Of a stretch of 64,000 nt of DNA, positions 9,685 through 19,995 are shown piece after piece. The translations under genes and the position numbers were made by a program. The stretch is from contig CAVQMM010000001.1 in the NCBI GenBank assembly GCA_963713615.1, forward strand, positions 3,776,001-3,840,000. Reading direction: 5' to 3'. Each line of letters begins with the position of its first letter. Positions within the stretch are counted from its first letter, which is position 1. The DNA is from an uncultured Chlamydiae bacterium. GTDB lineage: Bacteria; Chlamydiota; Chlamydiia; Chlamydiales; JAJFMA01. The notes beneath the pieces are model-generated. The model made no database searches. It worked only from the letters and a program-made list of their open reading frames with translations, and had not been told where the DNA came from.

Positions 9685-11829
9685 ATGGATATTAGTAATG
9701 TCTCTGGTTCAAAAGGTGTTAATGAGGTTAATGCGGCACTAAGAAATTTGCCGCCAAAACTTCCGAGCGATCTGCAAGTGGTGCAGGGACTAATCCCAAG
9801 TGGGCCTCCGCAAGACACTGCTAACCCAATGCAGCACTCCTGCATAGATTTAACACAAAGCTCAGCTTTTACAAGCTCTCTTACCTTGAATGGTGGATTC
9901 GTTTACAACGGATGCGTCGACGATGAAAGTCATCCTCTTGGGCCTGGACAATTAATTGACCCACATGGAACCCGTTATGCCATCGAGGGCCCAAATAGGG
10001 ACGGGATGAAGGCCATTTCTGGCTGGCGCATGATGCCGCCCAAAGCCATGCCTGAATATATCGCATACAAAGGGGGGCGTTATCGCGCAGGTGTGTTGTG
10101 TGGGAGCATTGATGCCCTTTGTAGCAATGGAACGATTAAAAAAATTCGCGCACTAGACATTTGGGATATCAATGCGCTTTTAGCGCAAGGGGCCCAATCT
10201 ACAAATAGCCCAGGAAGAAAATACCAGGAACAAGTGTTAGAGTTTATTCCTGTAATACCGGGGCCTCAACCTGCGAATACGCCAAAACAAACATACAAAC
10301 AAGCGTTAAAGTTTATTTCTATGCAGCACAAGTATAAATTTGAGACCAGGCCAGAACAAAAATGCCCGCAACAAGTGTTAAGGGATTGTGTACTCGCGAC
10401 AGAACCCGTAGAAGCACCTAAGACGAATAGGCTTCAACCTGCGAATAGCCCAGGAGCCGAATACGAGTCATGGTTAAGGTTTCTGGAGGGTGCGGAAAGT
10501 CCAGAACAAACATACCAGGGAAAAGGGGTTAGGTCTATTGGATCTGTAGCCGTACGTTCAAAGCCCCAACCCAGAGTTCTTAAGAAACGTTTAGAGGACG
10601 GCGCAATCGCTTATGGTCTCAAGATCCTTCCAAATGGACAGAGGTATCTTGGAGGATTGTTAAACAATCGCATCGAGGGTCAAGGAAAGCTAACAGATCT
10701 CGATGGATTCGAATGTGAAGGTTATTTCAATAACGGCGTTTTCGTTAAAGGCAAGGTCATCTCTCCTAACAAGTTCACCTATGAGGGATCAATAGAAAAT
10801 GGAAAGTTTCATGGTCAGGGAACGCTTATCCACGCTGATGGCAGTGTATACCAAGGTAATTTTGATCAAGGCGAATACCACGGGTATGGTGTGTGGAAAG
10901 ACCAAGGACAAACTTTTGAAGGAATGTTTGTGAATAACTTTATTGTTGATGGCATGCTGACCTATCCCGATGGAACCTGGTATAAGGGTGAGTTTCGATC
11001 CCAGCGTCCTTGTGGTATGGGAGAACAGCTTTTGGCAGATAAAAAAACACATTTCTTTGGCAGCTGGCTGAATGGTCTTCCCCTTAGAGGGATCCTGACT
11101 TTCCCTAATGGAAACACCTATTCTGGGGAGTTCTTGGCTGGCAAGCCTAACGGTGCAGGTACTCTAAATTATCTCAATGGAGATGTCTATGATGGGGCAT
11201 TTGCCGATGGCCAATCCGCTGGTAAAGGTCGGTTAAGGTATCGCGACGGTAGGGTATACGAAGGGATGTTTGCTAATGGCCATCCTAATGGTAAAGGTAA
11301 GCTAACCTATTTCGATGGGACCGTTAAAAGGGGCCAATTCAAAAACGGTGAAGTCCAAGGGTTTGGGTCAATCACCTATCCAGACAAAATGACATACACC
11401 GGTCCGATTGAAAATGGCGAGCCTCATGGGGATGAAGGAACCCTTACTTTTCGGAATGGCGAAACCTATACAGGGCCATTCTTTCGTGGGTGCTACCAAA
11501 CTTCGGTTGTACTGACGGATGGACGAATTTACAACGGAGCGTTTCGAAACGGAATCATGGATGGCATCGGGAGGCTAGAGCTTTTAGATGGGAGTACCTA
11601 TCTTGGAGAATTCAAAAATGGCTTGGCTCATGGCTTTGGAGCCATAGAACGGGCAGATGGCACCGCTTGGACGGGAAATTTTGAGGAAGGACAGCCTCTC
11701 CCGGAGACAGGAATAGAAATAACCAAACACTCCGGCTCATACGCTAGTGAAAACGACCCTATGGACATGCAGAACACGATTTACTATGAATTGGAGGAGC
11801 TAGGATACTATTGGCTCCCTCAAGAATAG
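9685..11829 (+). CDS. MORN-repeat protein, paralogue 2
   Basis: MORN repeats; the C-terminal ~150 aa are almost identical to paralogue 1. Confidence 0.9.
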   Translation: MDISNVSGSKGVNEVNAALRNLPPKLPSDLQVVQGLIPSGPPQDTANPMQHSCIDLTQSSAFTSSLTLNGGFVYNGCVDDESHPLGPGQLIDPHGTRYAIEGPNRDGMKAISGWRMMPPKAMPEYIAYKGGRYRAGVLCGSIDALCSNGTIKKIRALDIWDINALLAQGAQSTNSPGRKYQEQVLEFIPVIPGPQPANTPKQTYKQALKFISMQHKYKFETRPEQKCPQQVLRDCVLATEPVEAPKTNRLQPANSPGAEYESWLRFLEGAESPEQTYQGKGVRSIGSVAVRSKPQPRVLKKRLEDGAIAYGLKILPNGQRYLGGLLNNRIEGQGKLTDLDGFECEGYFNNGVFVKGKVISPNKFTYEGSIENGKFHGQGTLIHADGSVYQGNFDQGEYHGYGVWKDQGQTFEGMFVNNFIVDGMLTYPDGTWYKGEFRSQRPCGMGEQLLADKKTHFFGSWLNGLPLRGILTFPNGNTYSGEFLAGKPNGAGTLNYLNGDVYDGAFADGQSAGKGRLRYRDGRVYEGMFANGHPNGKGKLTYFDGTVKRGQFKNGEVQGFGSITYPDKMTYTGPIENGEPHGDEGTLTFRNGETYTGPFFRGCYQTSVVLTDGRIYNGAFRNGIMDGIGRLELLDGSTYLGEFKNGLAHGFGAIERADGTAWTGNFEEGQPLPETGIEITKHSGSYASENDPMDMQNTIYYELEELGYYWLPQE

Positions 11830-11858
11830 ATGTAAAGGGGTCAGTATTTTTTTGAGCC

Positions 11859-12695
11859 CTATATGATGCTCTTCAAAAACGACGTGATGGCTGGATAGAC
11901 CTGATCGGGAGCTTCGAGAAAAGAGAAGTGGCCTGTGCCTTCAATGAGTTTCTTCCGCGACGTGGTGATATTTATTAAAATATCCTCGACGCAATATTCG
12001 GGAATAATATCCTTGCTGCCTGAAATCACTAGTGTTGGCGCGTAGATTTGTGCGAGTTCCCTTCTGACATCGAAGGCGCCAAGCTGGCGCAGCATGTAGC
12101 TGTTTATGCGCGCCCAATTCTTGGCTGTACGAGGGGCTAGGCGGAAATCCAAGAGATTGACCCGAGAAGGGTCTGCCAGATAGGCCTTAAACCAAAGTGT
12201 CATAAAGGTGTTCACTGGTTCTACTTCACCAAAAAGAAATGGCTCAGAAATGGATAGTCTTGCCAGTGCCTCGCGGTCTTCAGGGCTATGCCGTTTCTGG
12301 ACATTGACAGCGAGTTCTCGCATGCCTTCATAGGTGGCCGGTGAGGGATTCATTAGGACCACAGACTTCACCCGATCAGGAAATCGGCAGGCATAGATCA
12401 TGGCCAAAAAGGCGCCCCATGAATGCCCCAGAATATGAACAGTCTCAAATCCTAGGCCTTTACGCAGGGCTTCCAAATCATGCAGAAAAGTTCCTAAAGT
12501 GATCGTTCCAAGAGTTGGGTTGCCCCCAGACTCACCCGAACAACGTTGGTCATAACAGACAACGCCGAATTGCTTAGCTAGCTGTAAATAGACTTCGTTG
12601 AGATAGGTGTGGTCTAGGCCCGGCCCGCCATGAATGACAATGACCGGTTCGCCTTCGCCTTGGTAGGAATAGTATAGATCGATGCCTTGCGTCAT
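11859..12695 (-). CDS. Alpha/beta hydrolase (proline iminopeptidase-like)
   Basis: HGGPG, YDQR.SG.S, GHSWGA nucleophile elbow, C-terminal GHF. Confidence 0.9.
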   Translation of the reverse strand: MTQGIDLYYSYQGEGEPVIVIHGGPGLDHTYLNEVYLQLAKQFGVVCYDQRCSGESGGNPTLGTITLGTFLHDLEALRKGLGFETVHILGHSWGAFLAMIYACRFPDRVKSVVLMNPSPATYEGMRELAVNVQKRHSPEDREALARLSISEPFLFGEVEPVNTFMTLWFKAYLADPSRVNLLDFRLAPRTAKNWARINSYMLRQLGAFDVRRELAQIYAPTLVISGSKDIIPEYCVEDILINITTSRKKLIEGTGHFSFLEAPDQVYPAITSFLKSII

Positions 12696-12857
12696 AATAT
12701 TTGCAGTCTAGCTGATGTCTCAGGAAAGGTGAATCTAAAATTTTAACAGAAAGACGCAAAGAACCTCTCATGCAAGGTTTTTTAACATGAGTTCTTCTTT
12801 ACGGCTTGGTGTTTAAAAAAAAAGTCACATTTGATGCGGTTTAGGAAAGGACCCTGA

Positions 12858-13149
12858 GAGGTAATTACAGAAGTCCTCTGAACGTTTTTCCTTGTTACTT
12901 GGATCGCTTGCGACCGCTCTTCGTTCGCTGCGCGCGTGTTATTTGATGGTGTATGTAGCACGAGACTTCTGGGCCTTATTCACCTTTGCGGTCAGTTTTC
13001 GGTCGACTGCAAAAGGATCGTCTGTCGCGTTTTGCTCCTCGGACATAGCTGGCGCTATGCCCTCGTCACAAACCACGACATCCGACCTTTTTCGTCCGAC
13101 CGAAATTCTGACCGTAAAGGTGAACAAGGCCGACTTCTGCAATTACCTC
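12858..13149. mobile_element. Short non-autonomous element (family F; TIR GAGGTAATTRCAGAAGTC) interrupted by a family-A MITE
   Basis: gaggtaattacagaagtc at 12858 and gacttctgcaattacctc at 13132-13149; related ends at 40693, 40927-40937, 54271 and 59907. Confidence 0.7.
12972..13131. mobile_element. 160-bp MITE (family A), copy 1
   Basis: Imperfect TIRs ggccttattcacctttgcggtcag / ctgaccgtaaaggtgaacaaggcc; 8-bp TSD gacttctg at 12964-12971 and 13132-13139. Confidence 0.92.
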
Positions 13150-13303
13150 AATCGCGTTGTACCTCTAAGTCATCACAAGAATTATAAAACACAGTTTTAC
13201 ACGCATAAAATATTTTTTTGCAGCATTAATATATAATAAAATATTTTTTATGTATAATTATTGTATGGGTCTGTCTAATTTATTGCATTACATAGGTTGT
13301 TTT

Positions 13304-15370
13304 ATGGAATTGCATAATAGTGATTATAGTTATAAACAACAAGAGGCGAGTCCAATTGGTCATTTAGAGCATTCAGAAGTAAAAGCCGAAGAAAAGCAAA
13401 ATGCTGAAGTCGCACATACACCAAAAAATACTTTAGAGGTTTCTCACGACGTTTCTAAAGTTAGTCATCCGGTTCTTAGCCAATCCTCATCTAGCCATGA
13501 ATCCATCGACTCACACCAGATTCATGTCGGGTCTAATGAGCAAGGCAAACATTGTGAAGAGAAAATGGGAAACATTGCTGAAAAAAATGGAAAGCTAATG
13601 TTGGCAAATATTCAGCGAAGTGCAGTGTTGTCGGGCACTAAAGATTTAAAAAGTTTGATTCCAGCCAAAGATATTAGCAATCATGGCAGTAATATAAATT
13701 TGGAGAAAAATCTAAATAATAGCCATGCTCAACAATTACAATCGAAGCTCAATTCGGCTGTGTTTAGTTCAAAGCTACCAAGTGCAAAGCTAGGTGTAGA
13801 GCTAGTCTCATCCGCTAGCACCGGGGGGGGGCACGCAGCCAAACTGGAGGTGGCGAACCAAAAACTGGCCAACGTGGAAAAAACAGCAAGCGATGGAATG
13901 GAGTATCTATTAGGTCCACTACCAGAAGGGGATAATAAAGAGAACTTAAAAACTAAAGTAGAGCCTATGGTTAAGGAAATTGCTGTCACCATCCAATCTA
14001 AAAAAGATGCAGCACAAGCTGAAAACGTACAGTTACAATCTATTCATGACTCGATCGATCCAAAATCTAATGCTCCCTTATCCAAACATGAAAAGGCCTT
14101 ACTAGAATCACCCGATGCTAAGGCATTTATAAATTCGGGGGGGTTTCAAAAATCCTGGGGACGCTCGCATTTTCTACCGATAAATGGTGAGTTGAGTAAT
14201 GCTAACCAGCGTGAGCTGCTATCTCAATATACACGAAGCCAGCTAGCAAATAAACCACCCGATGAACGCCGACGATTAGAAGCACTTGATGCTTCGATCA
14301 ATAAAAAACCAAACGCCCCCTTAAGTGAAAGTGAGAAGGCCCTCCTAGGATCAGAAGAATGTCAGAAATTTATAAAGAACCCTGATACTCGTGAAGCCTG
14401 GGAAGCTGCTCATCCGCTACCGATAGATGCTAACAATAACTCAGAGCAGCGTGAGGTGCTAAAGGCAGTTGTACAAAATAAAATCAACAGAAATAATGAT
14501 TTTATTGACGTTGACCCTAAGATGATGCTACCTGCAGAAATAATGGGTCTCGATTTCAAAGAAATTTTAAATGGAAAGCCGCCAGCATTCAAAAAAGACT
14601 TCAAACATAAAAGTGTTGCAACCGAATTAACAAATGCATATGTCGGAACAGTTGATACGCTATTTAGTCAGACAAATGAGACCCTAAAAAAATTAAATAA
14701 AGACGATGGTGGTGATAAGCATGAATTAAGAAGAGAGCTTAATAATAATTTTGATTCTATGACAGCTACTAATAAGCTTTTGTTTGATCCAGCAGTAAAA
14801 GAACAATATAACTCTAAAATTAAAAAGCTAGAACCAGCCGTAAATAAAGAGAGGACGGAATTCGAACAAGAACAACGGGTACGCGATCTTGCCACAAACT
14901 TAGAGAAACTATCTACCCAGACGAAGGAGAGTATACAACGCTTGCAGAATGCTCCGGATGCTGATAAACATGCAATAAGACAAGAGCTTCTAAGCAGTTT
15001 TGATGGTATGGAACAGTCTAATAAAAAAGTGGCTGATCCAGTATTAAAAGCAAAATATGCTGCTGAAATGAAAGAACTAAGGCCAATCGTAAACAAGGAG
15101 CAGGCGGAATACAATAGAGTAAACCATGACAATATGACTATACCAAGGGTGGAGAAACTATTGTCTGATACAAATGAGCTTATGGAACAGTTAAAAACAG
15201 CTCCTGATGGTGATAAGAAAGAGTTGGAAAAAAAGATTCTAAGTGACTTTAAAGAGCTGGACACATCTAATAAAAGCCTGTCTGATTCAGAAATAAAAGA
15301 AAAAAATACTGCTGAAATTAAAGAACTAAAATCTCTCATAGACCTCAACATAAATATCCCTAAGGGTTGA
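13304..15370 (+). CDS. Hypothetical helical-repeat protein, putative secreted effector (ORF-track start 13250)
   Basis: Long AT-rich ORF with a Ser/His-rich N-terminus, two PLS..EKALL repeats and three ~83-aa APDGDK-type repeats. Confidence 0.75.
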   Translation: MELHNSDYSYKQQEASPIGHLEHSEVKAEEKQNAEVAHTPKNTLEVSHDVSKVSHPVLSQSSSSHESIDSHQIHVGSNEQGKHCEEKMGNIAEKNGKLMLANIQRSAVLSGTKDLKSLIPAKDISNHGSNINLEKNLNNSHAQQLQSKLNSAVFSSKLPSAKLGVELVSSASTGGGHAAKLEVANQKLANVEKTASDGMEYLLGPLPEGDNKENLKTKVEPMVKEIAVTIQSKKDAAQAENVQLQSIHDSIDPKSNAPLSKHEKALLESPDAKAFINSGGFQKSWGRSHFLPINGELSNANQRELLSQYTRSQLANKPPDERRRLEALDASINKKPNAPLSESEKALLGSEECQKFIKNPDTREAWEAAHPLPIDANNNSEQREVLKAVVQNKINRNNDFIDVDPKMMLPAEIMGLDFKEILNGKPPAFKKDFKHKSVATELTNAYVGTVDTLFSQTNETLKKLNKDDGGDKHELRRELNNNFDSMTATNKLLFDPAVKEQYNSKIKKLEPAVNKERTEFEQEQRVRDLATNLEKLSTQTKESIQRLQNAPDADKHAIRQELLSSFDGMEQSNKKVADPVLKAKYAAEMKELRPIVNKEQAEYNRVNHDNMTIPRVEKLLSDTNELMEQLKTAPDGDKKELEKKILSDFKELDTSNKSLSDSEIKEKNTAEIKELKSLIDLNINIPKG

Positions 15371-15570
15371 GAAACTATCTGCTAATACAAATGAGCTTAT
15401 GGAACAGTTAAAAAACAGCTCCGGATGGTGATAAGAAGAAATTAAAAGAAACGATTCTAAGTAATTTGAAGAGTATGGAAGAATCTAGTAAAAATTTGTC
15501 TGATCAAGAAATAAAAGTAAAATATACCGCTGAAATTAAAGAACTAAAATCTGTCATAGAAAAAGAATGA
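15361..15570 (+). pseudogene. Frameshifted fourth C-terminal repeat of the 13304-15370 gene
   Basis: DNA repeats about 15143-15340 with two +1 insertions; restored translation RVEKLSANTNELMEQLK-TAPDGDKKKLKETILSNLKSMEESSKNLSDQEIKVKYTAEIKELKSVIEKE*. Confidence 0.8.
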
Positions 15571-15641
15571 GTAGAATACACTAAAGAAGAGAAAGTCCTA
15601 CAAAATCGGATGAACCTTAGTTTCGCGGTGTTGTCGTTTTG

Positions 15642-16253
15642 TTAGCGTGCTGCTAGGTGCTTTTTAACTGTATTGACGATCGTTTGAGTATTGCTATCAA
15701 GCTCGATATTAACGCGATCGCCGGGTTGTTTAGCGCCAAAGGTGCAGATTTTCAGAGTCTCGGGAATCAGATGCAAGGTAAAAAACGACCCTTCTGGGTT
15801 GACCTCTGCAATGGTCAGGCTTGCACCATCGATGGCTATGAAGCCCTTAGGGAGGATGTAATCCATCCACTCTGGAGGGACTCGTATGGTTAAAACTCGA
15901 TTGTTCGGACTTGTGTGAACTTTTTCGATAATTCCACAGCCAAATACATGACCTGAGAGAACATGTCCTCCGATCTCATCCCCGAAGCGTAGGGAACGTT
16001 CGATGTGAACCAGGCTCCCGGGCTTGAGATGCGCTAACGTTGTTTTGTTGAGAGTTTCTTCAATGACCTGGAAGGAGACTATATGGTCGTTGATCGCTGT
16101 AACAGTAAGGCAGACTCCATCAACAGCTATGCTGGCGCCTGTAGCGAGATTCTGAGTGAGCGTAGGATCGAGCTCTACACTAAAACACAGGAGCCCTGGC
16201 GAGGCCGACACTGCAGTGACAGGAAACGAACCCTTAACAATACCCGTAAACAT
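15642..16253 (-). CDS. ribC: Riboflavin synthase (alpha chain)
   Basis: MFTGIV N-terminus, SIAVDGVCLTV, GGHVLSGHV, KGFIAIDGASLT. Confidence 0.96.
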   Translation of the reverse strand: MFTGIVKGSFPVTAVSASPGLLCFSVELDPTLTQNLATGASIAVDGVCLTVTAINDHIVSFQVIEETLNKTTLAHLKPGSLVHIERSLRFGDEIGGHVLSGHVFGCGIIEKVHTSPNNRVLTIRVPPEWMDYILPKGFIAIDGASLTIAEVNPEGSFFTLHLIPETLKICTFGAKQPGDRVNIELDSNTQTIVNTVKKHLAAR

Positions 16254-16268
16254 TTCAGCTCCTTATTG

Positions 16269-16428
16269 GGCCTTGTTCACCTTTGCGGTCAGTTTTCGGT
16301 CGACTGCAAAAGGATCGTCTGTCGCGTTTTGCTCGTCGGACATAGCTGGCTCTATGCCCTCGTCACAAACCACGACATCCGATCTTTTTCGTCCGACCGA
16401 AATTCTGACCACAAAGGTGAACAAGGCC
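16269..16428. mobile_element. 160-bp MITE (family A), copy 2
   Basis: Same TIRs; 8-bp TSD ccttattg at 16261-16268 and 16429-16436. Confidence 0.92.
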
Positions 16429-16430
16429 CC

Positions 16431-17519
16431 TTATTGTTCCTGTAGAATATTCCTTAGCATTTCCAGTTCTGTGGTCCAATCCCCATGCTCGGTTTGACGT
16501 AGCAGGATAGAGTGTTGGCACCAGAAATTCGTGGTATTGTCTCCTACCCAACGTAGATCGGGATATTTGGGTATGAAAATGATATTTTTCTTACCAAGGG
16601 CACAAGCCAGGTGTGCACTGGCGGAATCGATGGAGACGATGACGTCCATCTGGTTCATAAATGCTGCGGTGTCGGCAAAGGTCTTACAGTATTGTCCTAA
16701 ATCGATTAAGTCATCATCCCATCCATTTGCCTCATCATGCAGTTGATCGAGTCCATTATGCGTTTGAAGTGAGTAGAAGATGACTCCTGGAATGTTCCGC
16801 AATTGTGCAAATAAATGAAGCGGAATGGATCGGTCTTTATCGTGGATATGGTTTGGATCGCCCTGCCAGATGAGGCCAACCTTCAGGCCAATGCGTTGGA
16901 GCTCTGGCAGCGGTCTGTTTGAAATTTGTAGATAGTGATCTGTAAGAGGGATGTCATAGAGACCGGCACTCACAGCGCATGGGACGCTCAGAAGGTGCAT
17001 GTGATAGTCATAATTAAGTGACGTGATGTTATCTTGGCTGACGACTTCGATGCGATCGCCTAGACTATTTAAACTGCTTTTAAATAATTCGATGAGAGGA
17101 TTTTGAGGTACAAAAAGGATTTTGGCAGGACTGTAGGCGGTGATGAGACGCGGTAGATAGCGGGAAAACTGAAGAGTATCGCCATGACCCTTTTTGTAGT
17201 ATACCAATAACGTCTTTCCCGAGATGTCCATTCCTGTAACAAACAACTTGTCGTTCGGCAACTTTACAGCACCTAAACGTGTGCTATTCTCGAACGAGGA
17301 AGGGGCGAGTTTTTTGCCGAATTGCAGGTCAATGATGTCGGGATTAGCAGCAAGCCCGGCAAAATAGGTGCGGAGAGCTAAATCATAGCGACCTTCATCT
17401 TGGTAGGTATGGGCTTGGGTGACATAATCTTGTAGTTCCATCGTGTGAGGATTGGAAGTACCAAATAGCGAAGTCGCCGCTATGAGACTGAAAACAAGAA
17501 AAAAATAACAACATCTCAT
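16431..17519 (-). CDS. TPR/GT9-like glycosyltransferase with a signal peptide
   Basis: GHGDTLQFSRY, KVGLIWQG.P.H..D..RS, TFADTAA....MD.IVSIDSA.AHLA.ALG motifs; hydrophobic N-terminus. Confidence 0.85.
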   Translation of the reverse strand: MRCCYFFLVFSLIAATSLFGTSNPHTMELQDYVTQAHTYQDEGRYDLALRTYFAGLAANPDIIDLQFGKKLAPSSFENSTRLGAVKLPNDKLFVTGMDISGKTLLVYYKKGHGDTLQFSRYLPRLITAYSPAKILFVPQNPLIELFKSSLNSLGDRIEVVSQDNITSLNYDYHMHLLSVPCAVSAGLYDIPLTDHYLQISNRPLPELQRIGLKVGLIWQGDPNHIHDKDRSIPLHLFAQLRNIPGVIFYSLQTHNGLDQLHDEANGWDDDLIDLGQYCKTFADTAAFMNQMDVIVSIDSASAHLACALGKKNIIFIPKYPDLRWVGDNTTNFWCQHSILLRQTEHGDWTTELEMLRNILQEQ

Positions 17520-17811
17520 CGTATTGCCCTCCCGTTCAGCGTGGTAAACAGAACATAATAACGGTTTGTGAAGCCGTTGTCTATTTTTAACGCAAAGGAG
17601 GGCTCATTTTCGTGTCTCACAGAATTGTCAGTTGTACGCTCGTTTTTATTCATTAAAATATAAAAAAATATAAACAGGATTGCAAACTGTAACCCTTATG
17701 TAACGTGAGTGTGAGCTCTTCTTTGCGTCTTCGCGTTAAAAAATCCTGATGTACCGAAATAGCATTCTGAAGTACAAGCAAGGGAGCAACATCCATTGAA
17801 AGGAGAAGATC

Positions 17812-18912
17812 ATGCAAAGTGCCAAAGAAAACAGTACTCTCGCCATACACGATATCGCTGAGCTATTGGGTAGTCAGGCCGATTCACTGCTCAATCACAC
17901 CTGTGGTACGATCTCTAAAAATCAACTGATTTTGCCAGGTCCAGACTGGGTCGATCGTGTGACTTTTCAAAGTGACCGTCCTGTACCAGTGATGCGAGCG
18001 TTGCAAACATTGTTTAATCATGGGCGTCTAGGCGGAACCGGTTATTTGTCGATCTTACCCGTTGACCAAGGCGTTGAACACTCAGCAGGGGCTTCCTTTG
18101 CGCCTAATCCCATCTATTTTGACCCCGAAAACATTGTTAAGTTGGCCCTAGAAGCCGAATGCAACGCTGTGGCATCTACTCTGGGTACTTTGGGATTAGT
18201 GGTACGCAAGTATGCTCATAAGATCCCATTTATTTTAAAGATCAACCATAATGAGCTACTAGCTTACCCTAATCGTTTTGATCAGACGCTTTTTGCCAGC
18301 GTTCAACAAGCTTACGACATGGGTGCTGTCGCTGTAGGTGCGACAATCTATTTTGGTTCAGAGCAAAGTACACGTCAGATCCAGGAAATCAGTCATGCCT
18401 TTGAGCTAGCGCATGAGATGGGGATGGCGACAATCTTGTGGTGCTATTTGCGCAATCCAAGCTTTAAGATAGGTGATGTTGACTACCATACGAGTGCTGA
18501 TCTGACGGGACAGGCCAATTATTTGGGAGCTACGCTAGGTGCTGATATTGTCAAACAAAAGCTACCTACGCTCAACAGGGGTTATGAGGCGCTCAATAAG
18601 CTGACAAAAGGTTATGGTAAATACAGTTCCAAAATGTATAGCGAACTCGCTACCGATCATCCCATCGATTTGTGTCGATACCAGGTCATCAATGGCTTTA
18701 TGGGCCGCGTGGGATTGATTAATTCCGGCGGTGCGTCTGAAGGGCAGAATGACAAGAATGAGGCTATCGCTACAGCTGTGATTAACAAGCGCGCCGGTGG
18801 TATGGGATTGATCAGTGGAAGGAAGACCTTTCAAAAGCCTATGAAGGAGGGGATAGAGCTCTTTCATGCGATCCAAGACGTCTATCTATGTCCTGAAGTC
18901 ACGATAGCCTAG
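17812..18912 (+). CDS. fbaB: Class I fructose-bisphosphate aldolase (DhnA type)
   Basis: [43 protein letters not shown]. Confidence 0.96.
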   Translation: MQSAKENSTLAIHDIAELLGSQADSLLNHTCGTISKNQLILPGPDWVDRVTFQSDRPVPVMRALQTLFNHGRLGGTGYLSILPVDQGVEHSAGASFAPNPIYFDPENIVKLALEAECNAVASTLGTLGLVVRKYAHKIPFILKINHNELLAYPNRFDQTLFASVQQAYDMGAVAVGATIYFGSEQSTRQIQEISHAFELAHEMGMATILWCYLRNPSFKIGDVDYHTSADLTGQANYLGATLGADIVKQKLPTLNRGYEALNKLTKGYGKYSSKMYSELATDHPIDLCRYQVINGFMGRVGLINSGGASEGQNDKNEAIATAVINKRAGGMGLISGRKTFQKPMKEGIELFHAIQDVYLCPEVTIA

Positions 18913-18966
18913 AGCTTGCGCCAGGTAGGCCGTGACCGACCGCGTTAAAATAGCTAACGAGCTGTT

Positions 18967-19995
18967 TCAGGCGAAGCTATTGATGCGGTCGATTAGTGCT
19001 CTTACCAAGCCGTGTTTTTTGCGAGTATGCGAAAAAGTGATACGTGGAAGTGTTAGGTGGTCAGATTCCTCGTCGAAAGCTTCGCGCTGTATGATTTTGC
19101 CTTCAGCAACGAGAATGCCAAATTCTTGATTGAGAATACGAACTTGGTCTTCAGTCAGGGCCGTTTTCAGGCGTATGACTAAGAAGTTGCGCACATAGCG
19201 ATAGGAATGGAAACGGTAATAGAAGCGTTGCACATGCTCTACAGCAGTTTCTACATCGGGTGCAATGTAGTAGAGGTGCTTATCTTCCGGCGAAATCATA
19301 CTTCTAGCCAGTAGATTGTCATCCACGTAACGTTGCCACTCGGACCAATAAGTCCCACCTTGACCTTCTAAGAGTACCACGGGGATAATATTTGATTTGC
19401 CAGTCTGCATGAGGGTGAGGCATTCGTTCATTTCATCATGAGTTCCGAAGCCTCCAGGAAAGACTGCTATAGCATCGGCGTGGCTAATAAACATAAGCTT
19501 GCGGGTGAAAAAATAGCGGAAGCTGATCAGCTTAGGATCGCCCTTCATCACCTGATTGGTCGTCTCCTCCGCTGGCAGGTGGATGGCGAGGCCAAAAGAC
19601 CCTTCGGCTTGGCTGCCTTCATGACCTGCTTTCATGATCCCGTCTGCAGCACCGGTGATGACCATCCAGCCATGCTGGGCTAAGCCAGCGGCTAATGCTT
19701 TGGCCTGCAAATAATCTGGATGTGTTTCAGGCGTACGTGCAGAGCCAAAAACACTAATGCAGTGGGCGTTGGGATACGAATTAAAGATGCGATAGGCGTA
19801 GCGCATCTCTTTAAGGCAACGGTTGATTAGCTTAAGTTGGCCGAGGTCATGACCTTCAAAGAGAAGTTTAAGGCCTGTCTGAATCACTTCCGTGACTAGG
19901 ATGCCTGCAGAAGAGGCCGGGTCTCCTCCGCAAGAGGTGATCAGAGATTGTATGCTTTCAAGTGTAGCAGGTTCTTTGATGTGCTTACTGTCCAT
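18967..19995 (-). CDS. LOG / lysine-decarboxylase-like family protein (ORF-track start 20103 is probably too early)
   Basis: SVFGSART, FRYFFTRKLMF, PGGFGTHDE; SD-like gagga just before the ATG at 19995. Confidence 0.9.
   Translation of the reverse strand: MDSKHIKEPATLESIQSLITSCGGDPASSAGILVTEVIQTGLKLLFEGHDLGQLKLINRCLKEMRYAYRIFNSYPNAHCISVFGSARTPETHPDYLQAKALAAGLAQHGWMVITGAADGIMKAGHEGSQAEGSFGLAIHLPAEETTNQVMKGDPKLISFRYFFTRKLMFISHADAIAVFPGGFGTHDEMNECLTLMQTGKSNIIPVVLLEGQGGTYWSEWQRYVDDNLLARSMISPEDKHLYYIAPDVETAVEHVQRFYYRFHSYRYVRNFLVIRLKTALTEDQVRILNQEFGILVAEGKIIQREAFDEESDHLTLPRITFSHTRKKHGLVRALIDRINSFA

Noticed and set aside
12892..13236. Short ORFs with recurring ALFTFAVSFRSTAKG peptides (also near 16.1-16.5 kb and 59.6-59.9 kb)
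   Set aside because: They are translations of the non-coding 160-bp MITE.
14668..15351. 227-aa minus-strand ORF
   Set aside because: Antisense shadow of the Lys/Glu-rich repeat gene; Ser/Leu/Phe-biased with no motifs.
16254..16430. FMN riboswitch upstream of riboflavin synthase
   Set aside because: No RFN consensus; the interval is fully explained by the MITE and its TSD.
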